In this document: positions 1-12,084 of the stretch, one piece after another
Numbering within the stretch: position 1 is the first letter of the stretch
Layout of the letters: every line of letters begins with the position of its first letter
Source: Eledone cirrhosa
Lineage: Eukaryota
Direction: 5' to 3'
DNA length: 64,000 nucleotides
Assembly: GCA_964016885.1 (NCBI GenBank)
Contig: OZ024741.1
Coordinates: forward strand, 311,674,001 to 311,738,000
Notes under the pieces: generated by a model
What the model was told of the DNA's origin: nothing
Seen by the model: only the letters and a program-made list of their open reading frames with translations
Databases searched by the model: none
Made by a program: the position numbers and the translations under genes

Positions 1-319
1 TCACTTCTTTAAAATTTTCAAATGTCAACACTTCGGGTGGCGATCGCTTAAATGAACATACTAATTTTCTGTCACTAAATTTCTGCTAATGCAGTTTATT
101 TATAATATCATCTTTTTTTAACGTATCATGGATTACGTTACTGATTACATAAGAGAGTGTAACACAGTCTTCGTTCAATTTGTATGTATATTGTCAATTA
201 CGATTTTATTTGATGTATCATATCTACATTTATATATACTTGCGTATAATATCAATATACGCACTTCACATGCTAGCTGAAAACCACCCAACGGGTGGTT
301 TTTCTGCTAGCTAAATATA

Positions 320-960
320 CAGGTTACAGAACGAAAACACTAACAAATATAATATATACAAAGGAAAGGGAAAGGAAAAAAAGAAAGAGAAAAAATACAC
401 ACAACTTAGACCACACAGAACAATATGTAGGCGAAAGGGGTGGACAAACGAGGCGCTACCAGAGCAAAAGATAACAATATAGCGAGGAGCACTGGGAAAC
501 CTCTCTAATAATTTTTGAGGCAAGCAGTACACTCGCACCGTTACCTGGGGTGATGGTGAGACTGAGGTGCATGAACAACCAAGTGCCTTCACAAGCATCA
601 CCAGTTACCTTTGTGTGGCGAGCCACCAGTGAAGATAAGAACCTCGCTGTCAGTCGCCCGACTACCCCAAACGTCTCGAACGCCACAGGCTGGATAATTT
701 GTTAGCTGACAGAACACGGTATTTTACGATTTTGTTCCGTTCAGTTGCGGATGCAGTAGCTCTGGCCCTTACCGCTGCATCCAGGATGTGGGAAGAAGCA
801 AGAGAGTCACTAACTGTGACGTCACAGGAAAGGCACCTGACTCTTGAGCAGAAGTAAGACCAGGAGTAAGACCGTCAAGTCTTTTTCTATCAATTCTGAA
901 CAATCCAGACGGTTCCAAAATTGAAGGGATGTTTTCTCGGGCCAAAGCTCTAAAGTGGTA
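320..960 (-). mobile_element. CRE-clade (restriction-like endonuclease) non-LTR retrotransposon 3' fragment, decayed
   Basis: Minus strand reads VTVSDSLASS...AAVRARATASATERNK...PVAFETFGVVG...WLFMHLSLTITPGNGASV, matching the C-terminal RLE region of CRE elements (A.ETxG..G and RLS...QRGNA patterns); in-frame stops; second copy at about 43840-44450. Confidence 0.65.
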
Positions 961-1189
961 ATAGGACAGTGTATGTATGTGCTCGCGCGTGATTTTGTCG
1001 ACGTTCTTAAATTAGAGACATGTGTGTGTGTGTGTGTGTGTGTTACTGTTTTTAAGTTAGAGACATATATGTGTCTATCCCTTTCCTTCCTTTTACACAC
1101 ACATACATTCACACAAACACACATACACATTGTGTGATGGACATGTGGAAAGAAGTCCTTCAAATTTATATACTTGTGAATGGAGTTTA

Positions 1190-1700
1190 TGCTGAAGCAG
1201 TTAGAGAAGTTCAAATATCTTTGAGCCGTTTTCATGAGTGGTGGTATGCAGGAGGCTGAATTAAGTGCAAGAATTGCAAAAGCTGACGCTGTAATACGCC
1301 AGCCTCAGCATTCAGCAATAAGAAGAAGGGGGGTAGGTGTAAAAGTCAAACTCGATGTCTTCCTTCTATTCCTGTCAATTCTTACTGAGGATCATGAATC
1401 TTAATGGGATTCCTCCTAAGAGTCTCTGGAGTAATGTTACTCGATAAAGTGTATAGCTCAGAGACTAGAGAGTCACTCCTGGTAGAGAGGCAACTTCTTC
1501 GAATTAAGAGATCACAACTGCGATATTATGAGCATGTGGTTAGAATGTTTCAGTAACGAATCGCTAGACACATTTTACAGACAAAAACCAAGCGGCAAGA
1601 GACCTCGAGGTAGACCCTAAGCAATATAGTTGCATAACATTGCTGGAAGGAGTGTTTGAGAAGGACTCTGCCCCTACGTCCCTCTCAGAAATAAGTGGGC
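1190..1700 (+). mobile_element. RTE-like LINE 3' fragment, decayed
   Basis: Duplicate at 44660-45270 reads EKPKYLGVVFMSDGMQEAELSARIAKADAVMRQ (RT thumb YLG motif), followed by QLRYYEHV and KRPRGRP-type C-terminal motifs; many stops. Confidence 0.7.
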
Positions 1701-2560
1701 CAAGAAGGAGATATTGTCGATTTACTTTTCAATTTACATATATATATTTGCATATGATACCAATATGCTCACTACATATGCTAGCAGAAAAGCTCCCTCG
1801 GTCGGTTTTTCTGCTAGTAATAATAATAATGCTAATACTAATGGGTTTTGGTGTATTTACGTTTGTGTCTGTGTGCGTTATATACGTGTTTATGCGTATA
1901 TACCTATATAGGTTTATATAATTATATGTATACGCACACATATAATTCTATATGTGTATTTGGTGTATACGTTCGTATGTGTGCAGGTACATGTGTCGCG
2001 TGGGTTTAAGTACGTGTGCGCGTCTTTATGAGTACGTGCATATATATGCAGTCATGGCGTGTGTTTTCGCGTATGCTCATGTATGTACGTATATAGATGT
2101 GTGTACGTATTTTAATTATTATTACTTTTATGATTTTAATAACCTCTGTCATTTTCGTTCAACTAATTCATTTACATTATTCTTAACTCCGAAGCCGGGA
2201 ATCATTCGGCTTCCTAAATAGAATATTAGTTTAATGACTCCATTTATACCATAAATGGTGTTTTGTCAATGCGTCTATGTGTTCTCGTGACTCCACATAA
2301 CGACGTATTATCTTTGCTTTTTTCCGTTCATTGCCAGGGAACGTCTTCATGAACCACAATATCGTCTTCCTGTCTTCCTTCAGTTTCAACGTTTTTGAAA
2401 TATTTACTTCTGTGTTCACAGATTGATTATTGTAGTTCCAGAAGATCCCGTTAAGGGTGAAAGCAACGATTCTTTACTTAAACCTTAATATGTTATTATA
2501 ATAAATATATACATATATATACATACATAGACATACATATTTCCAATCATACACCATATT

Positions 2561-2628
<68 letters not shown>

Positions 2629-2801
2629 TATATATACATGCACACACACAAACACACACACACACACACACACACACATGCATACATATATATATACATA
2701 TACATATATACACATACATATATAAACATACACATGTGAGTAAACATAGATGCAAAAAGAAATATGTAAGTAATTAAAAAATAAATAAATAAGTAAATAA
2801 T

Positions 2802-2990
2802 TGGTTCTACTCTTGGCACAAGGCCAGCAATTATCCAGTATATTACTGGTACTTTATCTTATCGACTCCGTAAGGATGAAAGGCAAAGTTAACCTCGGCG
2901 GGATTTGAACTCAGAATGGCAAGGGCCGTAACTCTATACGTCAAAGAATGCCGTCCAACCCTCGACCGGAACTGCCAGTCCACCGCATTG
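2802..2990 (-). mobile_element. tRNA-derived octopus-type SINE
   Basis: Same family as 27558-27743; flanked by direct repeat TAAATAAGTAAATAAT (TSD). Confidence 0.85.
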
Positions 2991-3627
2991 TAAATAAGTA
3001 AATAATAGCGCATAACCATACACACACATATACAGATACATTCATGAAAAATGTTTCTACATACGCATGCACGCACGTACGCAGACATAGAGATATGGAA
3101 ATGCATATAATTAGAAAAGAGTGTATATACACACCTAAATAAAAGTATATAGATAAATAATTACGTACACCATGATAGACACATATACAGCACACAATAC
3201 GTATACATACGTACATAAATACACATATATATTATTATATACACGCACACACACATACGTATATTCACTTATGCATATACATACCAATATAATTATACAT
3301 ACATACACACATGCACACATACCTACATGCAGAATATATACATACCCATATACAGACATACATATACACATACACACACCTATATGAATATATTTATACA
3401 AATATAAATATAAGAATACACACACATATATACATAAACACATACATATTTACATACATACATAAACAGGCATATATTCATTATGTGAAAGATAGAATTG
3501 GAGTTCCCGTTATTACAATAATGAAATGTTAAGGTGTATGTAGAAACAGTATAACTATTAGGTAGAAAGAAAAATACTTTGATTGAGCATTAAAGTGGAT
3601 GGAATATGAGGGTAGGCTCATATCATT

Positions 3628-3806
3628 TGGCAGTATCGGTAGAGCGTCGGACGCCATACTTTGCAGCACAGAGTTACGGCCATTTTTGGTCCGAGTTCAA
3701 ATCCCGCCAAGTTTAACTTTGCCTTTTATCCTTACGGGGTCGATAACATAAAGCACCAATATTACACAGGGATAATTGCTGGCCTTGTTCCAAAAGTAGA
3801 AACAAT
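3628..3806 (+). mobile_element. tRNA-derived octopus-type SINE
   Basis: A-box-like TGGCAGTATCGG, B-box GAGTTCAAATC, 3' end GGCCTTGTTCCAAAAGTAGAAACAATT. Confidence 0.8.
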
Positions 3807-5202
3807 TCTTTACTCTGAACTAGATTTATCAAATAGGAAATCTGAAATATTTCCACTTGTCCTTATATTGATCTCCTTTCTTTTCACTATTATATCTTAT
3901 TATTTTCAGTACCATTACTATCACTGTATAATAATTATTTAATTGCCCTTTTTAAACCTAAAAGTTTATAATATGTTTAACTACTATATACTGTCTACCA
4001 TTCTTCACACACACCCTCTCTGATCCCTTCTATTGCAAATACAATTTATTATAACCACCTCATCATTTTAGGCAACTTAATAATACATTGTTTCCATACT
4101 TTTGCTCATTAGCCTCACTTATATTTATTTTTGCTAAATATATAACAACCATTGTCACACCATATATTTTTTATTTAATATTAACTATTCAATACTAGTA
4201 TAATTAACTATTTTTTAATAATGCATAGCACTTTTAGTATATATAGATAATTTCTTTGTAATATGTAAAGTTATTATTCTTTTAAAGTTCTTTAGTTTTG
4301 CAAACATTAAACCAGAAAACAATTATTTTAAAAATTCGATTCCCATATATTTTTAGATACTAAATTTTCTATTTTTTCTTAATAAATATATAGTAATAAA
4401 TTACCTCCCCTTATTTATGTTTTGTTTTTACCCTTGTTTCATTTTTTAAGGATTATTTTTCTAAAATGCCATGCTAAGATGGATGATTTGTACTCTTGAT
4501 GGCATATGACTTTGTCTCCTCTATTCAACTAGGTGGTGCTTTAAATGATGTGTCTTGAGTGCCTAATTGATAATACTTCCAGCTATATTGGATTTTTCAC
4601 TTTGATGATTATACTTATTTTCTCAACATTACATTAGCTCCTTTGGACATTTTGAAAAATAATTATTATTATGACTGAATTATGTAGTCGAACATATAGC
4701 CTTGCATCTGTTTGTATGCTACAGGTAAACTAAACTTTTTTGAATGTATTTTTTATATATATTTTTAAATATATTCTTTTAAAATTTTTTTTGGAGGTGT
4801 ATTTTTAAATTTATATTTGAATTGCATGCCTTCTCTTATTAACTTTCTCTACTACTTATGATATATATTTTTCACTGTACTTAATTAATCTATAACAGCA
4901 TGCTTTTTTAAATTTTTATTGGTTTTATCTGGTCCTAATTTGTATTGCATTTATCTGCTCCTATTCTTCATATGATTTTTCTTCCTCTGTTACCTTATAT
5001 AAATGTTTATACTGATGCTTATCTACGTTCCTATATTAAGTATCCTCCTAATGTTCTTGTGACAAAGTTTTGATATTATATTCGTGTTTGGCTTTTGCTA
5101 TCAACTTCGAAGAATCTGGTCTTGTGTTAGGATGAAACGATCAACAGTGATTAAATGTTTGAAAGAATAAACACTCTTTGATTGTCATTTCCATTGTATA
5201 TA

Positions 5203-5362
<160 letters not shown>

Positions 5363-5489
5363 TGTGTCTGTGTGTCTGTGTGTGTATGTGTGTGTGTTTC
5401 TGTATTTATCTCTGTCTGTCTATCTGTCTTCTCTCTCTCTCTAAATTCATTCCACTTAATGTAAAATCTCCCTAACACAAAATATTACA

Positions 5490-5697
5490 CACAAGAGTAA
5501 GCTGGGAAGTTCATAGGCTAACGATAAAGGAGTGATGCTGCTAGGTCAGTGAAATCATGCATGCATTAAATTCAAATATTGTTATTAATAAGTGCATTGC
5601 TCCATTCCAGGAACTATGTGGAAAAATAAACTTCATTTAGTCACTCCATGAGAGTTTGAAATGTTCAGCCTATGAAATGTTTAGCCGACCCTCGGAC
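5490..5697. mobile_element. Mariner-like MITE, old
   Basis: Imperfect TIRs: left ...GCTGGGAAGTTCATAGGCTAA, right TCAGCCTATGAAATGTTTAGCCGACCCTCG; resembles mariner CGAGGG..AAAAGT termini; no ORF. Confidence 0.6.
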
Positions 5698-6060
5698 ATA
5701 TTTCCTCCAATATCTGAAAGGTAATACAAACAATTCTCAACAATCACTTATTGCATCACATTTTTTCTCCACCAGACATCAGAGACAACGAATATGGTTT
5801 CACAGATCTAGATATAACGGAAATATAAGTGACACTTTATCAAATCTTGTGTTCTTCACGTTTTATTAATGTCTCCCGTCTTTACACATTCTTTAATGCC
5901 CTGCATTGTTATTGCCTCTAATGAGGCACTCTGCAACTCAGAATTTGATGAAATTATGACTTCCCAACCAAAACAAGCACAAACAGGTTGTCACGTGATC
6001 ATATATTTTCTTATAAATATTTTAAGTGTGTTAGTTTGTATAAATAAGCACACACACACA

Positions 6061-6124
<64 letters not shown>

Positions 6125-6422
6125 CTAATAATGGTGGCCTAGTTAGGATCTAGCTGTCGAAACGGGCGGAGCTCAGCCGTCGGGTTCCTGACTTTTTTCA
6201 TATATATATATGTATTTATATATATGTGTGTGCGTGTGCGTGTGGTTATATATATGTGTGTATATGAGTGTGTATGTGTGTGTGAGTGTGTCTATTTATT
6301 TAAATTTATACTTCAGACAGTTCACTACGAAATTCAAATGTACTCATGTAAGTTAAAATGTCCGTTCCTTGCTGATCTTCCATATGTATTGACGATTTAA
6401 TTTACGTCTAGCAATAACACGC

Positions 6423-8075
6423 ATGTTTTTTCTTTTGTCTTTCCCCCTATCTTTCCCCTGTCTTTTCCGCTGTCTTTTCCGCAGCCTTTTCCTCTGTCTT
6501 TTCCTCTGGCTTTTCCCCTGTTTCTCATTTGTCTTTTCCTTTGTCCTCTCCGCTGTCTTTTCCTCTGTCTTTTCCTTCCTCTTTTCCGCCTGTCTTTTCC
6601 TCTGTCTTTACCTCTATCTTTGCCTTTCTCTTTTCCCCAGTCTTTTCCGGTGTGTTTTATTTTGTCTTTTCCCGTGTCTTTTCCGCTGTCTTTTCCGCTG
6701 TCTTTCCCCCTGTCTTTTCCGCTGTCTTTTCCTTTGTCTGTACCTTTGTCTTTTCCGCTGTCGTTCCCCCTCTCTATTTCGCTGTGTTTTCCTTTGTCTT
6801 TACCCCTGTCTTTTCCGCTGTCTTTTCCGCAGCCTTTTTCTCTGTCTTCTTTGTCTTTTCCCTTGTTTTACCTTTGTCTTTTCCTCTGTTTTCTCCGCTG
6901 CCTTTTCCCCATGTCTTTTCCTTTGTCTTTTCCTCAGTCCTTTACGCTGTCTTTTCCTTTGTCTTTCCCCATTCGTTTCCGCTGTCTTTTCCGCTGTCTT
7001 TTCCTTTGTCATTTCCCCTGTCTTTTCCGCTGTTTTTTCCTTTGTCTTTCCCCCTGTCTTTTTCGCTGACTTTCCGTCTCTCTTTTCCGCTGTCTTTTCC
7101 TTTCTCTTTCCGCTGTTGTTTTATTTATCTTTTCCCCTGTATTTTCCGTTTTTTTTTTCTTTTGTCTTTTCCCCTGTCTTTTCTGGTATTTTTTCCTTTG
7201 TCTTTTTCCCTGTCTTTACTGTTTTTGCTTTTGTCTTTCCCCCTGTCTTTTCCCCTGTCTTTTCCGCTGTCTTTTCCGCAACCTTTTCCTCTGTCTTCTC
7301 CTCTGGCTTTTCCCCTGTTTCTCATTTGTCTTTTCCTATGTCTTCTCCGCTGTGTTTTCCTCTGTCTTTTCCTTCGTCTTTTCCTCCTGTCTTTTTCTCT
7401 GTCTTTACCTCTGTCTTTTCCTTTCTCTTTTCCCCTGTCTTTTCCGATGTGTTTTACTTTCTCTTTTCCCCTGTCTTTTTCGCTGTCTTTTCCGCTGTCT
7501 TTCCCCCTGTCTTTTCCGCTGTCTTTTCCTTTGTCTGTCCCTCTGTCTTTTCCGCTGTCTTTCCCTCTGTCTTTTCCACTGTCTTTTCTGCTGTCTTATC
7601 CGCATCCTTTTCATCTGACTTCTTTGTCTTTTCCCCTGTTTCTCCTTTGTCTTTTCCTGTTTTCTCCGCTGTCTTTTCCCCTTGTCTTTTCCTTTGTATT
7701 TACCTCTGTCTTTTCCTTTCTCTTTTCCCTGTCCTTTACGCTGTCTTTCCCTTTGTCTTTCCCCATTCATTTCCGCTATCTTTTTCCGCTGGTTTTTCCT
7801 TTGTCTGTCCCCCTGTCTTTTTCGCTGTGTTTCCCCTCTCTCTTTTCCGCTGTCTTTACCGGTGTTTTTTCCTTTGTGTTTCCCCCTGTCTTTTTCGCTG
7901 TCTTTTCCGCTGGCGTTCCCACTCTCGTTTCCGCTGTCTTTTCCTTTCTCTTTTCCCCTGTTTTTTCTGCTGTCTTTCCCACTCTCTTTACCTCTCTATT
8001 TTTCGCTGTCTCTTCCGCTGCTTTTTCTCTGTCTTTTCCTCTGGGTTTTCCTGTATCCTTTCTTCTGATTTTAGA
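6423..8075. repeat. 12-bp tandem array (TGTCTTTTCCNN)n with an internal duplication of about 795 bp
   Basis: Units tgtcttttccgc / tgtcttttcccc / tgtcttttcctt / tgtcttttcctc; diagnostic variant blocks at about 6481 and 6937 recur at about 7278 and 7731. Confidence 0.95.
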
Positions 8076-8091
8076 TGCCTGACTTTTCTTC
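7776..8091 (-). CDS. Candidate terminal (cytoplasmic tail) exon of the EGF-repeat receptor, running into the 12-bp array
   Basis: Acceptor ccagttacag|G; phase 2 matches the TM exon donor; reads (R)KKSQASKIRRKDTGKPRGKDREKAAEETAK...KTAEKTGEK...KTSGKR*, 104 codons; basic juxtamembrane start. Confidence 0.5.
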
Positions 8092-10109
8092 CTGTAACTG
8101 GATGTAAATATTTCATTAGAATTTAGTATGTATCCTAATTACAACGTATCATGTTTACTCTATCGCCTACATATGTTAGTACAATCAATGTACCTGGTTT
8201 CTGTGAGAGTAGCTATATTTTGTACAAGTGAGTGGTAAAGGTGAGATCTAGAATATAGTTATGAGAGCTATGTTTTCCAGGTTAAGATAACTAAACATGT
8301 TACAGTTAAATTACAAATTAATTATTAATGTTATTACAGCAAATGAAAATTTATAAATTATCAAATAACATTGTACTTAACAAAATAAAAACAATTGACG
8401 AGAGAATGACGACAATCTCATATTCAGTCATGTCTATACCAGATTATTTATTTCTCATTGAAGACAACTTCTCGTATCACTGATAACTCCCAGAGAGATA
8501 TTCTCATCGAACAATCTAATTGAAACAATTAACCTAGGTAAGATTATTATTTTAACTAGTATATAAAATGTATTTGTGTCATTTATTTTGACTCAATTAT
8601 GTTCTGATACGAAGGTGATTTTCACCTCTATTGATTAGTCGATAGGATAAGTAACAGTCTTGTATTGCGAATCGGTTCGCTTTCTCAATACATATGTCAT
8701 GACAGTTTATATTATCGTGGCCATTTAAGTCATGTTTCTTATAGGCAATATGCCTTAGGTACATACATCAGTGCTGACGCAAATTGGTAACTGTTTAAAA
8801 AATTAGATTTCTGGATAATATATTTTATGATACTTGTCTTAGATTGAGTGTTATCAGATTGAGTGTCATCAGAATGAGCGTTATCCCGTATTTTAATTTT
8901 ATTTTAACTGGGTTTGGGAAATATATAGTTATTGAGATAATATCAATAACATATCTATGGAATAAGGATAATGCATGAACTAAAGGTATTTGAGTCTCTT
9001 GTATCAATAAAAAACCTGACAGATGCAAATGTCTGAGAACTGGCTACATCTAATTGGTTCTGCGAATCTATTTATTAGAAATTTATTTGAATGGTTAACA
9101 TATTTATCAAAAGTGGGGATGAGAATCTTTCTTTATGGCTGCTGGACCTGCTAAAGAAAGCAGTAAAAAATACATAATGTTGTTCGCAAGACACCTACAT
9201 GTCAGTATGGTGATGACTGAAAAGTTTTTGATGATAGGTGTCCTCAGTTATGACTCACCTGAGCCTAAACAACAACTGAAGTGGGATAAAATTAGTAAAC
9301 TCCGACTCCAGTAAATTATACAGTTATTAAACAGGAAATTATCTGCAGATCGGTTTGAGCATGGACTAATGTAGTAGTGAAAAGCTATAATATACTATTA
9401 CATTTGGCCTCTTCATAATTAAGATAATATTTAATTTCCGAAAAGCTTTGGTTAGCAGATGCGGTAGCACTGTTCTTAATGATATGTTTTAATGACATTT
9501 ATCCTTCACATACACAGTTTATATCTAATTCAGTAGAAACTTGACATCCATTCTTTCGTCCCTGACAAACTTTCTATGAGTAGGGAACTTGATATATTTA
9601 CATCTAGCTCTCCCTAAAATGTGTGTCCTTGAATTGTGTTGTTCAAAGTATCGGTTAAGCCTGTGTAAATTATAAACAATTACATCCCCATTGGAATTGT
9701 TTGGTCTTCTGCTAAATCGATGAGTTTTATTATACAATCAAATATACTATCTGTCTAAACCAAGAATTAAATCTAAGCAAGTTGTCTTAAAATTTACTCA
9801 TATGTCTGTCTGTCTCCCCGTAAATATATGTCTGAACCATTGTGTTCATTGTATTCACAACTAAATCAGGTGACTGGTAGAGATATTGTCACTGTATTAG
9901 ACTTCAACATATTAGACTCAATTATAAAATGTCTCAATAAGTATGCATTTGACCCGTGACATTTTGTAATTGTATAAAAAAAAATTAATATTTCTTGGGC
10001 TATAGAAAATGTAATTAGCAAATCAAAATATTCCTTATCAAGACAATAAAATACTAATATGAAATATATAGGAAATTCAAAATATTGAGAACTAGAGGTA
10101 ATACTTTAC

Positions 10110-10135
10110 AGTTTCCATCTTTATGCCTGATGTAT
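10110..10135 (-). CDS. Candidate 26-nt cytoplasmic micro-exon (RYIRHKDGN)
   Basis: tttgaatacag|ATACATCAGGCATAAAGATGGAAACT|gtaaag; phase 2 to 1; together with a 19-nt candidate at 8194-8212 (tatag|CTACTCTCACAGAAACCAG|gtacat) it totals 45 nt and keeps frame. Confidence 0.35.
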
Positions 10136-10491
10136 CTGTATTCAAATAACATCAAGGCAAAGCTTGCTTTAACCTATCCAACACAATTACTATGTTGGTA
10201 TCAAAAAGAAAATTTTTAAATGTCCCGGTCAAATTATGAGGCAATAATTAGTTAAACGACTGCAATTAGTACAGTTAATATTATACGTTGTCATTAATAT
10301 TCACCGAACAACCTAACTGGGAAAATAAATTTTAATATTTAAAACTCATCGCTGAAAAATACGAAGGTTAATTACAAAATATACAAATATAAAAGAAAAA
10401 TACAATTTTATTTACTCTAAATCTAAACATCAGACAGATTGAAATTCACTAATTACTTCTAACAATTGTATTAAGACAAGAAATCACATAC

Positions 10492-10585
10492 CTGCATATT
10501 AATGCTGCAAGCACACCTGAAATTAACAGGAAAAGTAGGAACAACACAATCATCACGGTATAAGCGGGATGTAGTCCCTGTATTC
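10492..10585 (-). CDS. Transmembrane exon of EGF-repeat type I membrane protein
   Basis: ttgaacag|GA ATA CAG...ATA TGC AG|gtatgt; 94 nt, phase 1 to 2; GIQGLHPAYTVMIVLFLLFLLISGVLAALIC(R), one hydrophobic helix. Confidence 0.85.
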
Positions 10586-10627
10586 CTGTTCAAAGGTAAA
10601 ACATAATATATATATATAAATATATAA

Positions 10628-10703
<76 letters not shown>

Positions 10704-11156
10704 TTCAAGAGTAACCAGTCTTAAAGAGAGAGATGGAGATAGTAGAGGAGATATGAGAGGAAATATTGGTGAGTTAGTTAGAAGCCAAAGCGTAAAGGCA
10801 TGTGCTCGATGTGCAATAGACTAGGTGGCTGGGTTCATGCAGAAGTTAGATGCGCAAAGCTGGAAATATTCATTAGTTAAGCAAAACAAGACCACAAACT
10901 TCACAAGGAAGACATTATTAAAAGATTGTCAACATATTTTAGTTTGATGTAAGGAATGTAGAGAATAATAATAATAATAATATTAATAATAATAATGTCC
11001 GTTTACAATTGTTTCGCTACTCCATATAATATTAATATTATTATTATTATTATTCTCTACATTCCTTACATCAAACTAAAATATGTTGACAATCTTTTAA
11101 TAATGTCTTCCTTGTGAAGTGTGTGGTTTTGTTTTGCTTAACTAATTAATAACTAA

Positions 11157-11244
<88 letters not shown>

Positions 11245-11667
11245 TATATATATATATATATATAATAATAAAATCTCCATCATGGAATCATGGATCAACT
11301 AAGCACTCTTTCTATATTAACATATTTTGATCCCGTTTAACTTAAAAAAACTATGCCTGTAAATAACATTATTCTTTCTGCACCATTTCTTTAACATGTG
11401 CAACACCACCATTCTACACCAATACATATCACTATCATTTGATAATGCATAAAAATGCTGAAACCGGTAATAGACAATTATTAAATATATAAATAGATAA
11501 ATAAATGCCATTGTTAAATAATAAATAAATCAACTAATACCTTAACACTTCACACAAAGTAAAAGATTTCGTTTTAATCCTTTTCTAACCCAGAAAAAAG
11601 AGAGAAAGAAATAAAAAAGGAAAAAAATATTTGTTTCTTCCTAATAATCGTCTCTTTCTCCCTGTTT

Positions 11668-11734
<67 letters not shown>

Positions 11735-11921
11735 TACGTGTATATCATCAGCCCTTGATGATATACAGGTAGGTAAATATATTCCTTTTTTGATATTTTG
11801 TAACTAACCCTACATAGATCGGTAACGAAATATGCGTACGTTGTATTATTATCACCTAGAAAAGATCGTAATGCAGTGAAGTATATTTCCAATGACTTGA
11901 ATTTTTATTTCATTGTTTTAA

Positions 11922-11971
<50 letters not shown>

Positions 11972-12001
11972 GGTGTGTGTGTGTGTGTGTGTGTGTATAC
12001 A

Positions 12002-12032
<31 letters not shown>

Positions 12033-12084
12033 TTACATATAGATAGATGCATATATACACACACAACCTTTAAAAAAAAAAACA

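Noticed and set aside
6423-8126. 567-aa and 517-aa plus-strand ORFs (F/S/L/P/C-rich)
   Set aside because: The A-poor strand of the 12-bp array rarely forms stops; the peptide register drifts with indels and there is no gene context
8464-8537. Plus-strand exon candidate ending CTAG|GTAAGA
   Set aside because: No partner exons on the plus strand and no recognisable protein
9258-9276. Micro-exon with CAG|GTGAGT donor
   Set aside because: Lies in what looks like an old interspersed repeat end (CCTGAGCCTAAACAACAAC); 17 nt and no supporting frame
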